DNA of 55,645 nt, filler included, from Platydemus manokwari (lineage: Eukaryota), in the NCBI GenBank assembly GCA_037951405.1. It is 5 parts of 5 records of this genome, joined end to end, with 100 filler letters (N's around TTAATTAATTAA, not from the genome) between each part and the next. Parts side by side here need not be neighbours in the genome. Positions count along the whole stretch, not along the records: positions 42,619 to 55,645 come from JBBMOY011873609.1; 4 more parts are not named here. One strand, written 5' to 3'. Both the position numbers and the translations under genes were made by a program. The notes beneath the pieces were generated by a model, which worked only from the letters and a program-made list of their open reading frames with translations, did not search any database and was not told where the DNA came from. Of the stretch, positions 55,261-55,645 are shown one piece after another. How positions within the stretch are numbered: position 1 is the first letter of the stretch; every line of letters starts with the position of its first letter.

Positions 55261-55645
55261 TAATCTTTACATTTTCAGGAAAATTAATTTTAAAAAATTT
55301 GTTAATATTTTTAGAGTTTACAATAATTACTTTAATAGGGTGAGAAATGTTATTTTTATACTAAAATATAAAACGGTAAAATATTATGTCAATGTCAAAT
55401 ATTAAGCTGATAAATTTAGCAATATTATTGATTACAAATTTCATTCTTGACAAACTATATAAATTAAACACAAACATAGTTTCAACAAACACTTTAATTT
55501 TTTATTAATAAGCGTGATTATTGAAATATCAAAAGTGTTTTAAATAAAGAATATTTAGTACTCTTTATAAATAAAATGACTAATAATAGAATTCAATTAA
55601 GATTGGGTTTTGGTTATAAATAATTAAAATAATATATGAATCAAT

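Overview
Very AT-rich eukaryotic DNA with many ~45-60 nt GT-AG introns and (AAT)n tracts, which looks like a planarian-type flatworm (inference). The window is not one locus. Five contigs are joined by artificial 100-bp spacers (N44-TTAATTAATTAA-N44). Contig 1 holds the 5' part of an EML/EMAP microtubule-associated protein gene with RFX X-box-like sites, two alternative first exons, a duplicated module of phase-2 cassette exons and a U12-type intron. Contig 2 holds internal exons of a giant spectrin-repeat (nesprin/dystrophin-like) gene. Contig 3 is transposon debris (hAT, pogo/Tigger, piggyBac-like, Ginger-like) plus an orphan terminal exon. Contig 4 holds a compressed, decayed Maverick/Polinton (adintovirus-like) endogenous virus that the ORF track almost entirely misses. 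It retains remnants of integrase, a Trp-repeat protein, packaging ATPase, major and minor capsid, pPolB and a late-domain membrane protein. A Ty3/Gypsy element is inserted in it, and exons of a VWD-C8 gene lie next to it. Contig 5 holds intact NMT and RPL12 genes, MITEs and a mariner fossil. All protein identifications come from hand translation and motif recognition; no database search was run.
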